The notes under the pieces are model-generated. The model was given only the letters and a program-made list of their open reading frames with translations, made no database searches and had not been told where the DNA came from. From IMG/VR virus record IMGVR_UViG_3300048691_000224: a stretch of 64,000 bases of DNA. One strand, 5' to 3'. The DNA is from a virus (Duplodnaviria; Caudoviricetes). Shown here one piece after another: positions 9,289 through 18,509 of this stretch; within the stretch, counting starts at the first letter, position 1; each line of letters opens with the position of its first letter. Position numbers and translations under genes: made by a program.

Positions 9289-11550
9289 TTAGGGAATAGC
9301 AAATGTTTTGACAAATACGTGAGTACCACAATCATATATTTTGTGGTATCCGTTATTGTGCATATTGACCGCCTCTGTGAGGTTGGGATCGAATACCGCC
9401 AGCATTTTCGATAACTTGTGTTTTTGGAACTGGGTGCGGTTAAATCGCTTTGTGTAATTCCCACCATCCCCTTTAGTGGATTTGACGTACTGATATGCTG
9501 GTTTGCTGGAGTGCAATAGTGTGAATCCGAGAGCGTTGTACAACCCTCCTGTCGAGTAACGTCTATCGGCATATGATATTATGCTGGTGGGCTTGTACTC
9601 GGTTGAGAAGTGTGATAGTAGTTTAGCTGCACCACCGACGATTTGTGTGTTGAGTTTTGTGCAAAATCTATACATTTCATACTCATAATTTTTGTTAAAC
9701 CTCGATTTGCCAAAAGTCATTACAGCCGTTAGTTTGTTGTCGTACATCAGTCCTAATCGGACAGAACTTGAATCAGCCCCTTGAATGTGGTTGGCAGCTA
9801 AAAATTGATTACACTCAGTGGCCGTTAGTTGCACAACCTGGCACTTACGAGCATATACCCTAACTTCGAATATTCCCAACTTAGCATTGATCACTGATTT
9901 AACAATATCTGATTTATTGTCCCATTCATCTTCAAACACGTGGAGTAGCTGGACCCCCGCTGCTTCACACGCTAGTGTCTTGTTTAGGTGATACCCAGCA
10001 TCAATTTTCGTGTAGTTGTGTACACTGTGCCAAAATAATCCATTGAACTCTATAGCTACTGATTTATCTGGGATAAACACGTCTAGCTCGCGAGGCGCTA
10101 TTATTTTTCTGGTATTTTCAACAAATTTAATATGATTTGACGCCAAGTGTTCTGTAATCTGCTTTTCCTTTCTGTTTCTACCTCCAAACAATGGATAACA
10201 TGTCAGACATCTTGGGGTACTACCATCCATCAACATCGATAAGAAACCAGTACTACAATCGACACACTTGTATGGCATCGGTTCTGTTCGGTGTGTATAA
10301 TCACCGACTTCATATTCGGGAGTTATTTGATTAGAAATGTTCTCCATCCGGTTCGGCCACCACCTATCGATCCTGGTCTTCTGGGCGCGCTCAGCGATCG
10401 CCGCAACCTTTTGGATTTCCCCAAAATTTGAAACTCCATATTTGTCTGCTAAAGTAGATTTAACTTTGGCTTGGATGATGGGGCTAGAACCAGCGCGCTC
10501 GCTACCATAATTTTCCAACATGTGAGCTCGAATGTTCTCGGATATAGTGGGATCGTGTAAAGGTGTGATCGCTCCATATCTAGCTAAACAGGTTTCATTT
10601 TTACGTTGCTTGACATCTGAATTTCTCGCAGAAGTAATATCTCCATACTTCTCCATGCACGTGGCCAATCTTTTTGCTTCCACCTCGGGGTGCCGACTTC
10701 GGCACGTGGGTGAGCACCAGGGTAAGAATGTTGCCTTATTGCTACTCCACAACACTTCTGTAGCATTACATACTCCACAACACTTCGCCGGCCCCGACGG
10801 CCGAATCCTAGCATCTCTTGCCAGCTCTCGACCAGTCTGTTTAACTAACTGAGCTAATCGCTTCTTCTCCACTTCGCGCTGCTTTCGTTCGTGGGTCTTT
10901 GCTAGTTTATCCTCTTTTGTCTTTTTGTGAGTATCGTGCTGATCAGCCATGTAATCTCGCCCAGTTCGAACCCAGTAAATTCGCTCTTTTAGCTGATAAG
11001 CTTCTGGAAGGTGCTTAGTCATATCTTTGATTTTGTTATACTCAGCTCGATACTTTGGTGCAAAAGTACGCATGTCAAACTTTGAATCCAATGAAGCAAG
11101 GACCAACCTAACTTGAGATTCGCTGCACACAACGTTTTGTCGTGTACTTGCCGCACACTCTACTGAGCACGTCGTTCGCCACCTACCACCCACTGATGTC
11201 CATATTACTGGTTTATCGCAAGATGGTACTGAGCACGTCGGCGGCTTCCCATGTAGTGGAGCCTTCTGAGCAGCGATCCAGCGGGCAGAGCAAGTCATCC
11301 CACAAAATTTCCTGTAGTTTTGTGTGACGATGTCCCATTTCACACTATTAGTGCAATTTGCACATTTTGGTATGGCAAAGCAACTATTCCAAAAATGCCA
11401 CAATCGTTGTGTGGAAGAAACTCCTGGAGGCAGAAATTCAGTAGTATCTACAATGTACTCATACGCTTCTGGGTATTTCTTGGGTAAATGCGTTGTTTTC
11501 GTTGTTTTATATTCTTCTAATATATTGGTAAAATTGGGGATGTGTGTCAT
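9289..11550 (-). mobile_element. free-standing Hef-like homing endonuclease gene (PD-(D/E)xK type)
   Basis: ELDVFIPDKSVAIEFNGLFWHS core; three Cys-rich repeats; four ...KYG/RYG repeats; C-terminal YADRRYS.G and IYDCG module; opposite strand to its neighbours. Confidence 0.85.
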
Positions 11551-11613
11551 ACTGTTGGCGACAAAGTTGTTTGAGTGTAAGATTACCGTCTGTTAATAAG
11601 AAAGGCAATCTAA

Positions 11614-12507
11614 ATGAGTAATGTTTTTGAAGTAAGCGAGGTATTTATGTCTCTCGAAGGTGAGTCTAAGTACACATTCCACCCGACGGTATACGCCAGA
11701 TTAGCAATCTGTAATTTCAAATGTCCAAAATTTAATAATCCTGATAACCAAGTTGCTGCCAATGGTTATGCGCCTTTGACGTTCAATCCAAGTGATTATA
11801 GTAACATCAAAGATATGCCATTCATTAGCGCAGGCTGTGATTCGCAGTATTCCGTCTCGCCGGAATTCCGTCATACATGGGCTAAGATGACCGGCTCTGA
11901 AATTGCTGCTGAGTTGGTCATTAAATTACCGCACCAAAGTTGGGTGCATCCGAAAACTAATCTGCCAGTTATTTTCAGCATTACGGGTGGTGAACCAACA
12001 ATGCAGTGGAAGTGGTTGCATGAAATTTTTCGTGACCCGGCTATGTCTGGTTGCCAGCACATCTTGCTGGAGACCAACTGCGCCGTCCCATTCAAAGAAT
12101 CATTCACTCAGCAAATTGACGAATGGTTGAGTGAGGATGACTCCCGCCGTTGGACGTGGAGCAATTCTCCAAAGTTATCAATCAGTGGTGAGAGTTGGAA
12201 TAAAGCAATCAAACCACAGATCGCAATGAATCAGTTGAATGTTCGTAACATCAGCCAGGTTGACCAATATTTCAAATTTGTGGTTACCAACAAACGAGAG
12301 TCATTTGATGAAGTGATGAGAGCCATGGGTGAATACTGGGCAGCAGGTATTCCACTAGATGCTCAGATCTGGGCAATGCCAATGGCGTGCACAGGTGAGC
12401 AACAAAATGAGGTCGCTCGAGAAGTCGCTGAATTGTGCTTGGAATACGGCTTTTTATATTCTCATCGAATTCAGAATGTATTGTGGGATAATATAGTTGG
12501 CACTTAA
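11614..12507 (+). CDS. queE: 7-carboxy-7-deazaguanine synthase (radical SAM)
   Basis: EVFMSLEGE, RLAICNFKC...GCDSQYS, ITGGEPTMQ, LETN, SPKLS, RIQNVLW. Confidence 0.9.
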   Translation: MSNVFEVSEVFMSLEGESKYTFHPTVYARLAICNFKCPKFNNPDNQVAANGYAPLTFNPSDYSNIKDMPFISAGCDSQYSVSPEFRHTWAKMTGSEIAAELVIKLPHQSWVHPKTNLPVIFSITGGEPTMQWKWLHEIFRDPAMSGCQHILLETNCAVPFKESFTQQIDEWLSEDDSRRWTWSNSPKLSISGESWNKAIKPQIAMNQLNVRNISQVDQYFKFVVTNKRESFDEVMRAMGEYWAAGIPLDAQIWAMPMACTGEQQNEVAREVAELCLEYGFLYSHRIQNVLWDNIVGT

Positions 12508-12540
12508 TATGCATTTTTCCCAATTTCCAGAACACTCTAT

Positions 12541-12546
12541 TAAATA
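12541..12546 (+). promoter_or_regulatory. late promoter core TAAATA
   Basis: TAAATA upstream of ORF 12587. Confidence 0.45.
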
Positions 12547-12586
12547 CCCCAGCCAGATTTACTCAACAACTACAGTCGCCTACAAA

Positions 12587-12952
12587 ATGTCAAATAAAGA
12601 TCAGATCGAATACGAAGTGCCAATTGAGGCGGAAGAACAAGCTCAGTTGGTTGAGTTGCGAACGCGCGAACAAGCCATCGCTCGCGTCAACGCAAAACTC
12701 ATCACATTAGAGGGAATCACGTGCCCTGAAGATATTACAGAAGATCAGGAGTGCCAGCAGTGCGGTGATGATATTCCGATGCAACGAGTGAAGGCGCTGA
12801 TGACCCAAATAGAGGTGGGTGATAAATTAGTGTGGAAAGCAAGCCCTAACGCAATAATCTGCGTAGCTTGTGCGTCTCTTAACGAGAAAAAAGGTAAGCA
12901 ATATTGGCATGGTGCTAAAGATGATTCCCCGGCAAGTTCTCAATTCTCCTAA
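12587..12952 (+). CDS. second DksA/TraR-like C4 zinc-finger protein
   Basis: CQQCGDDIPMQRVKAL...ICVACA; start moved to ATG 12587. Confidence 0.75.
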   Translation: MSNKDQIEYEVPIEAEEQAQLVELRTREQAIARVNAKLITLEGITCPEDITEDQECQQCGDDIPMQRVKALMTQIEVGDKLVWKASPNAIICVACASLNEKKGKQYWHGAKDDSPASSQFS

Positions 12953-13328
12953 AACCCCACCCCGCTTGCAGCAACTCCGCAAGCAACTAGATGCACCACC
13001 TAAGCCACAGACAGATCGACTGAAGAAGGTTCGTAAAAAATTAGTTAAAGATGCACCAAGTGTATCTAAAGCGAACTCTAATTCTAATGTCGCAAAATTT
13101 GTGGCTGAGATTGCACTTGGGTGGAAGGATAAATTAACATTCGGCAAATATTCTGGAAAGACTTTGAAGTTTATCTTCAATCAAGATCCAATGTATCTCG
13201 CATATATTCAGTCTGTCAATACGACTATCGTCTACAGCAATGATATCATGACGAAACTAGCGCCCTTTTTAGTCGAAGAAGATTTTGATGATATGGCAGA
13301 TTTTGATGTCCCTGATCCGAATGAATAG
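12921..13328 (+). CDS. hypothetical protein with FGKY motif (exonuclease X C-terminal-like)
   Basis: LTFGKYSGKTLKFIFNQDPMYLAYI; start uncertain (12870/12909/12921). Confidence 0.6.
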   Translation: MIPRQVLNSPKTPPRLQQLRKQLDAPPKPQTDRLKKVRKKLVKDAPSVSKANSNSNVAKFVAEIALGWKDKLTFGKYSGKTLKFIFNQDPMYLAYIQSVNTTIVYSNDIMTKLAPFLVEEDFDDMADFDVPDPNE

Positions 13329-13359
13329 TACCGCACAACTGACAAATCAGCCATAATAC

Positions 13360-13390
13360 AGATATCACCACTAATCGGTGATATCTTTTT
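13360..13390 (+). terminator. intrinsic terminator
   Basis: AGATATCACC-ACTAATC-GGTGATATCT followed by a T run. Confidence 0.75.
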
Positions 13391-13421
13391 ATTTCAAACC
13401 AACCAACACTCCCTCACTAAG

Positions 13422-13772
13422 ATGAACCATAAACTGGCAGCAGTACTTTTAGCAACACTCACAATAACGAGCTCACCAGCACGTGCTATTACCAGTGAAC
13501 GGTTCACCGAGCTCGCTCGCCGAGATCCGGATGGAGCACTGGTATATACCAGCGGGATTTTAGCAGGTCTCGCTGCAATCCAATCTGTATCAGCAGTCAA
13601 GGTGTTCTGCGCCCCGAGTGAATTTCATAGTAATTCATATGCAGCCACAGTAGTTGTGGAATTACAAAACAGAAAAAGCTCACCGATTCCTGATTCAATC
13701 AAGAATCTTGAGTTCTCAGACGTATTGCTGATGCGACTTAGAGCAACATATCCATGTGGAAAGAACATTTAA
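13422..13772 (+). CDS. exported Rap1a/Tai-like protein
   Basis: Signal peptide (ARA); Y..GI..G, FCAP, terminal LRATYPC pattern. Confidence 0.6.
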   Translation: MNHKLAAVLLATLTITSSPARAITSERFTELARRDPDGALVYTSGILAGLAAIQSVSAVKVFCAPSEFHSNSYAATVVVELQNRKSSPIPDSIKNLEFSDVLLMRLRATYPCGKNI

Positions 13773-13777
13773 AAACC

Positions 13778-14155
13778 ATGCAACAATATACACAAACAAC
13801 ATCTGAAGTATTCTGCTCACTGAGAGTGGATGGATTACACAATTGGCCAGAGTGCCCATTTGAGGAAGTCGACTTCCTCCGCCCGCTTCACCGACACATG
13901 TTCCACATCAAAGCGTACGTGCCTGTCACTCACAGTGATAGAGATGTAGAGTTCATCGTACTAAAGCATAAGATCACCCAATTTTTGAGAGATCAGTATT
14001 GGGATGAAGTTAAGCAGACTCACGTCTTTGGTAGAATGTCATGTGAGGCAATCGCTGAACAACTCCACATCGTATTTGGGCTATCTGCGTGCGAGGTATC
14101 GGAGGACGGTGAGAATGGTAGCTTCACTCGTTGGGCAACAGTATGGGCGCAGTAA
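13778..14155 (+). CDS. queD: QueD-like (6-pyruvoyl-tetrahydropterin synthase fold) protein
   Basis: GLHNW, LHRHMFH, DRDVEF, SCEAIAEQL, VSEDGENG. Confidence 0.8.
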   Translation: MQQYTQTTSEVFCSLRVDGLHNWPECPFEEVDFLRPLHRHMFHIKAYVPVTHSDRDVEFIVLKHKITQFLRDQYWDEVKQTHVFGRMSCEAIAEQLHIVFGLSACEVSEDGENGSFTRWATVWAQ

Positions 14156-14160
14156 ACTCC

Positions 14161-14628
14161 ATGACACAGAAAGAATTTGCAAATACAAGGCAACAACAAA
14201 CATGGAGAGCAGGTGGCATTCCATTTACAATATGCCCTGATACAGGGGAAGTGAGAATGTTGTTTATGGTTCCAGCTAACACCCACTACAATCAAGAGGT
14301 GCCTGAGCTCAAGATGCCTCAAATTGCCAAAGGTCGCATCGAACAATTTGAGTTGCCAGATACAGCTGCAATTCGAGAGTGTGCAGAAGAGCTGGGACTC
14401 GTTGCTGATAGTATCTTGTCAACAATCGACGGTGGAGTAGTACTCGGGCGCACCTACATATATGCGTTTGAAGTTGCGAGTACCGCTGCATTCACCCCAT
14501 TCAGCGCTGAGACAGAGTCAACTATTTGGTTAAATTATGATCAATTCATGGAAGTGGGGCGCGAGCTTCACAAACCAGTGGTCAATATGCTGTACGAAAA
14601 AATAATCGAAAAGGTGTTTTCTGCATGA
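14161..14628 (+). CDS. NUDIX hydrolase
   Basis: KGRIEQFELPDTAAIRECAEELGL Nudix box. Confidence 0.88.
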   Translation: MTQKEFANTRQQQTWRAGGIPFTICPDTGEVRMLFMVPANTHYNQEVPELKMPQIAKGRIEQFELPDTAAIRECAEELGLVADSILSTIDGGVVLGRTYIYAFEVASTAAFTPFSAETESTIWLNYDQFMEVGRELHKPVVNMLYEKIIEKVFSA

Positions 14629-14816
14629 GTTCAGAAGATTTGGTCTACCGCTTGCGCAAACGTGCTGAAATCCGGCGGCAAATTCCTAGCAGGAAAAGTG
14701 TTCAGGAAGGTCAACCAGATCGAATTGCCGACTTATTAGAGGAAGCTGCCCAGGAAATCACCGAATTGAGGGGGCGAGTCGATTTTGGCGATTTAGATGG
14801 TGACCTATTACCATAA
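14625..14816 (+). CDS. conserved small phage protein
   Basis: DLVYRLRKRAEIRRQI...DRIADLLEEAA. Confidence 0.7.
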   Translation: MSSEDLVYRLRKRAEIRRQIPSRKSVQEGQPDRIADLLEEAAQEITELRGRVDFGDLDGDLLP

Positions 14817-14828
14817 TTGGTGTATAAT
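14800..14828 (+). promoter_or_regulatory. sigma70-type promoter
   Basis: GTGACC-17-TATAAT (TG-extended), followed by TTACCC. Confidence 0.55.
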
Positions 14829-14834
14829 TTACCC

Positions 14835-15863
14835 ATGAATACACAAACCACACTATTTCGCACTGTTTACGGCTCCAAGCTATATGGCACTGCGACTCCT
14901 AGTTCTGATTCAGACTACAAGGAGATTGTGTTGCCTAGTATCCGTTCGCTGCTGTTAGGCCACAAATTGGTAAATGTTGTGAAACAAACTGCGCCTGGCC
15001 CGGGTGCGAATAGCGCCAGTGATGTCGATACTGAGTATATTCCAGTTCAAGTATTCGCGCGAGATTTTCTTGGTGGGCAGACTTACGCTATAGAATTAGC
15101 GTTTGCAGTAAATTCTAATCAATTTAGTCCCGAACAATCTGGAACCAGCCTATCAAATACTCGCTTGTTCAGTGCATTTGTCGATGAGCTAACAACTAAG
15201 TTCTTGACGAGCAACATGAAGGCGCTAGTAGGATACGCTCAAAACCAAATCTACCTATTGGGAAATAAAGGCACGCAGGTGACTGCGCTGACTGATCTAC
15301 AATCGCTCCTGCAAGCTACCCCCGATCTACGGTTGTGGTCAATTGCAGATCTGGTGAGTCGGCAGGATTATCAAGCACTTGCTGTTAAGTACCCTACACT
15401 TTATGGTAGTAGTTTGCTGCAGGCAGATCCCATCAATGGTGTAGTACAACAAAAGTTCTTGTCTGTATTTGGTAAATCTCTGGCAGAAAATATGAAGTTG
15501 AGTGAATTATTGCAATTGACACAAAACCGATTGTCAAAGTATGGGGCTCGGAGTCACACAGCGTCAGCTTCGGATAATGTTGATTGGAAAGGCGTTGCTC
15601 ACGGCGTGCGTATCGTCGACCAAGGACTGGAATTGTTGACTACAGGTAAATTATCATTTCCGGTATCGAATCAACAACGTGCACTACTTTTAGATATTCG
15701 TGCAGGTAAATTTCAAATCGATGGTGTTATGCGCACAATAGAGGATAAATTAAATCTTCTAACTGAACTCCAGAAGACGTCGACACTACCAGCTACAATA
15801 GACCTCACGACATTTGAGGATTGGTTATCTACTTGGGTAATGCGTTTTTATAAGATCCAATAA
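14835..15863 (+). CDS. Pol-beta-family nucleotidyltransferase (T4 NrdC.11 / RlaP-like)
   Basis: YGSKLYGTATPSSDSDYK, DWKGVAHGVR, LLDIRAGK. Confidence 0.8.
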   Translation: MNTQTTLFRTVYGSKLYGTATPSSDSDYKEIVLPSIRSLLLGHKLVNVVKQTAPGPGANSASDVDTEYIPVQVFARDFLGGQTYAIELAFAVNSNQFSPEQSGTSLSNTRLFSAFVDELTTKFLTSNMKALVGYAQNQIYLLGNKGTQVTALTDLQSLLQATPDLRLWSIADLVSRQDYQALAVKYPTLYGSSLLQADPINGVVQQKFLSVFGKSLAENMKLSELLQLTQNRLSKYGARSHTASASDNVDWKGVAHGVRIVDQGLELLTTGKLSFPVSNQQRALLLDIRAGKFQIDGVMRTIEDKLNLLTELQKTSTLPATIDLTTFEDWLSTWVMRFYKIQ

Positions 15864-15866
15864 ATA
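15861..15866 (+). promoter_or_regulatory. late promoter core TAAATA
   Basis: Overlaps the upstream stop codon; precedes ORF 15884. Confidence 0.55.
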
Positions 15867-15883
15867 ACCCCATCAACTCTCTC

Positions 15884-16492
15884 ATGCCACCGATGAAACT
15901 ACTCGCTAACATTCTTACACAAATGTCACTCGCTGAAGCTACTACTGCTTCAGCGATTTATGACGATCCTACAAAAATCGCCTCCCTGGCTGATTCAGCT
16001 GTCAAGCAACTTATCGCTACACACGGCAGTGATATAAAAAGCGCACGAATGGCAGTAATCGCTACTCAAGTTCGATCACACGTTGATGGTGTTCTACTTG
16101 ATGATAAGATTCGGTTAACCAAAGAGAATTTGAATAAAGTAGTTGATTGTGTTCTTAAACACATTCAGAAGAACGCCAAGGTATATAAATTGGTAGAACG
16201 CCAAGACCCAACTCTTGAGACTACTTTCAAGGAAGGTTGCTGGGCATATCCAAAGACAGAGACAGAACTACAAGCCCTCCGTGATCTAATTACTAGAACA
16301 CCCTCACTGACATGGCATCAGTTGTCTGTTGAAGTGTATCGCATATTTGGTTGTGACGAGTTATTTGATATGATCGCTGAAATTTCAGCTGATGTTGGGG
16401 AAGATTCAGTCATTGGGTACGACTTCCTTGGACAGTGGATCAACAATAACGCACAGTATCCTGATTTGTTTAAACAACTGTATCCAGCGTAA
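15884..16492 (+). CDS. late protein, paralog A (probable internal head protein)
   Basis: N-terminal ~100 aa homologous to ORF 16529; SLAEA and KLVE motifs. Confidence 0.65.
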   Translation: MPPMKLLANILTQMSLAEATTASAIYDDPTKIASLADSAVKQLIATHGSDIKSARMAVIATQVRSHVDGVLLDDKIRLTKENLNKVVDCVLKHIQKNAKVYKLVERQDPTLETTFKEGCWAYPKTETELQALRDLITRTPSLTWHQLSVEVYRIFGCDELFDMIAEISADVGEDSVIGYDFLGQWINNNAQYPDLFKQLYPA

Positions 16493-16495
16493 ATA
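16490..16495 (+). promoter_or_regulatory. late promoter core TAAATA
   Basis: Precedes ORF 16529. Confidence 0.55.
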
Positions 16496-16528
16496 GTACG
16501 CACATTACCACACTCACGAGACACTTTA

Positions 16529-17404
16529 ATGCAATTCCTCAATAAATTAATCCAACACGTAGCGCTCACAGAAGCAACCAGCGCAGACGCTCTTTGTTCT
16601 GACGCCGCGAAAATCTCTGCCCTTGCGCAGGCTGCCGCGAAATACCTCAAACGCGAGGGCGACAAAGATATTAGTAAAATGCCTATGGCACTCGTCGCAG
16701 GGCAAGTTCGCTCTTCTGTAGATGCCTCACTTCTGGTAGATAAAGTCAAGCTCGGTAAAGACGCACTCGACAAAGTTGTCACCTGTGTAATGAAAGACAT
16801 TCAACAAAACGCAAAATCCTATAAGTTGGTTGAAGCGGAACAAAAACCCCGCTACTACGTGACCCAAACAAAAGCAGATGGTTGGGTAGTTGTTAGCTTA
16901 GCCACTGATGAAATTGTTAAGTGGGCAGATTCGAGTGATCACGCCCACCAGCTGGAGGCAGAGTTGATGGCTGGTACAATTCAAGAATCAGCAAAGCCTG
17001 CAGATCAGGTGTTGATATCCGCAATTGGCCAGAAGGTATCAGAAGGTGCTAACCCACTAGAAGATCTGAAAGATGAACTCGAAGCCTTGAAAGCAGAATT
17101 GGCAGAAGAATCTGATGCCAAGAAACGCAATTTAATCCGTAATCAGATTGCTCAATTGCGAACAGATATTGCAAAAGGCAAGCGCAGTGTAGCAGAAGGA
17201 TACAATGCAGTACCTTTGGATACAATTCTGACTAAATTTGCAAAAGAATATGCAGCTTTCAAAGCAGGTGGGGATTTGGACCCAGGTTCTGATTTCTATG
17301 ATGCACTGTATGACTTCTATGATGACCAGATGCCATATGGTGTCCAAAAGGCGCGTGATGGCGATCCAGTAGAGTGGATCTCTGATAAACTCGCCGACGA
17401 ATGA
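16529..17404 (+). CDS. late protein, paralog B (probable internal head protein)
   Basis: Shared N-domain with ORF 15884; ALTEA, KLVEA, TIQES, KVSEG, ELAEE, SVAEG motifs. Confidence 0.65.
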   Translation: MQFLNKLIQHVALTEATSADALCSDAAKISALAQAAAKYLKREGDKDISKMPMALVAGQVRSSVDASLLVDKVKLGKDALDKVVTCVMKDIQQNAKSYKLVEAEQKPRYYVTQTKADGWVVVSLATDEIVKWADSSDHAHQLEAELMAGTIQESAKPADQVLISAIGQKVSEGANPLEDLKDELEALKAELAEESDAKKRNLIRNQIAQLRTDIAKGKRSVAEGYNAVPLDTILTKFAKEYAAFKAGGDLDPGSDFYDALYDFYDDQMPYGVQKARDGDPVEWISDKLADE

Positions 17405-17664
17405 TATTAGATATTATTGGGTGGCTTGGCAGTATCTGCTTCGCCATCTGCGCATTGCCACAGGCGTATAGTTCCTGGAAACATAAAAACTCTGACGGCA
17501 TAAGTTGGGGTTTTTTAATTTTGTGGCTCGTAGGTGAAGTATTAACACTGACCTACATATTACTGACAACAGCTCAACTACCGCTGATTGCAAATTACTG
17601 CTTAAATTTCGTGTTCTTAGTAGTAATCATCTGGTTTAAAGTATACCCACGACCTCTCAGATAA
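17401..17664 (+). CDS. PQ-loop / SemiSWEET-family small transporter
   Basis: 87 aa, three hydrophobic helices, ALPQ and DGIS motifs. Confidence 0.85.
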   Translation: MILDIIGWLGSICFAICALPQAYSSWKHKNSDGISWGFLILWLVGEVLTLTYILLTTAQLPLIANYCLNFVFLVVIIWFKVYPRPLR

Positions 17665-17667
17665 ATA
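17662..17667 (+). promoter_or_regulatory. late promoter core TAAATA
   Basis: Precedes the endolysin gene. Confidence 0.6.
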
Positions 17668-17690
17668 GTAGTCCAATATAGGACTAATTA

Positions 17691-18257
17691 ATGTTAACCC
17701 AATCAGATTTTTTAGATGATGCAGAACTTCTGCAGTGCCCTGTTGCTGCGATTCAAGCCGTAGCTTTCGTTGAAGCCGGCGGTAGTGGATTTTGCCCGGA
17801 TGGCTTTGTAAAAACTCTATTCGAGGGTCACTACTTCTCTAGATTAACCAAGGGGAAGTACAATAGTACCCACCCCACGATTAGTTATACCAAGTGGACA
17901 AAGCAATTCTACGGCAAGACATGGCAGCAAGAGCGCGCCCGACTTGATACCGCTCTGACACTTGACCGAGCTGCTGCTATTCGTAGTACTAGTTGGGGTA
18001 TGTTCCAGATTATGGGTGAACACTACAAGTTGTGTGGCTTTGACACCCCTCAAGATTTCCTAAACGAAATGATGCTCGGGGAAAACGCTCAGCTAGGTAT
18101 ATTCACAAAGTTTATATTAGGTAGCCCAAAGCTACTTCAAGCAATCCAAGATCAAGATTGGCAGACCTTTGCGCACTTTTACAACGGCGCCGGCTTTAGG
18201 GCTAATAGCTACGATACGAAGATGAAAGCAGCATACGAAAAGTATAGTGAAGCTTGA
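17691..18257 (+). CDS. endolysin, N-acetylmuramidase family (DUF3380)
   Basis: VEAGGSGF, TLFEGHYF, SWGMFQIMG, FAHFYNG, YDTKM. Confidence 0.92.
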   Translation: MLTQSDFLDDAELLQCPVAAIQAVAFVEAGGSGFCPDGFVKTLFEGHYFSRLTKGKYNSTHPTISYTKWTKQFYGKTWQQERARLDTALTLDRAAAIRSTSWGMFQIMGEHYKLCGFDTPQDFLNEMMLGENAQLGIFTKFILGSPKLLQAIQDQDWQTFAHFYNGAGFRANSYDTKMKAAYEKYSEA

Positions 18258-18285
18258 TTGACATCACACAAGCAGTGTAACCAAT

Positions 18286-18314
18286 AAAAAGAGTGTACCA
18301 GTTGCACTCTTTTT
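18286..18314. terminator. intrinsic terminator
   Basis: AAAAAGAGTG-TACCAGTTG-CACTCTTTTT. Confidence 0.75.
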
Positions 18315-18445
18315 CACTTCACGTGTGCACCAGTTAACACAATTGTGTTGACCACACCACGAAGAAGTGATCATAATCATAATACAGTCATCCATCACAG
18401 TTGACACACCTTAGATATTCAATGGCAGGTGTTGTCGAATGTTCA

Positions 18446-18451
18446 TAAATA
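18446..18451 (+). promoter_or_regulatory. late promoter core TAAATA
   Basis: Inside the track's GTG extension, which supports a start at ATG 18510. Confidence 0.55.
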
Positions 18452-18509
18452 TTACCAACCAGTTTCGGTGGAGTACCCGAAACTACATTTTATAAAGTCG
18501 CGAACTACT

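Noticed and set aside
18429-18509. N-terminal extension of the tail protein from GTG 18429
   Set aside because: A TAAATA late promoter and a leader hairpin lie inside this stretch, so ATG 18510 is the more plausible start.
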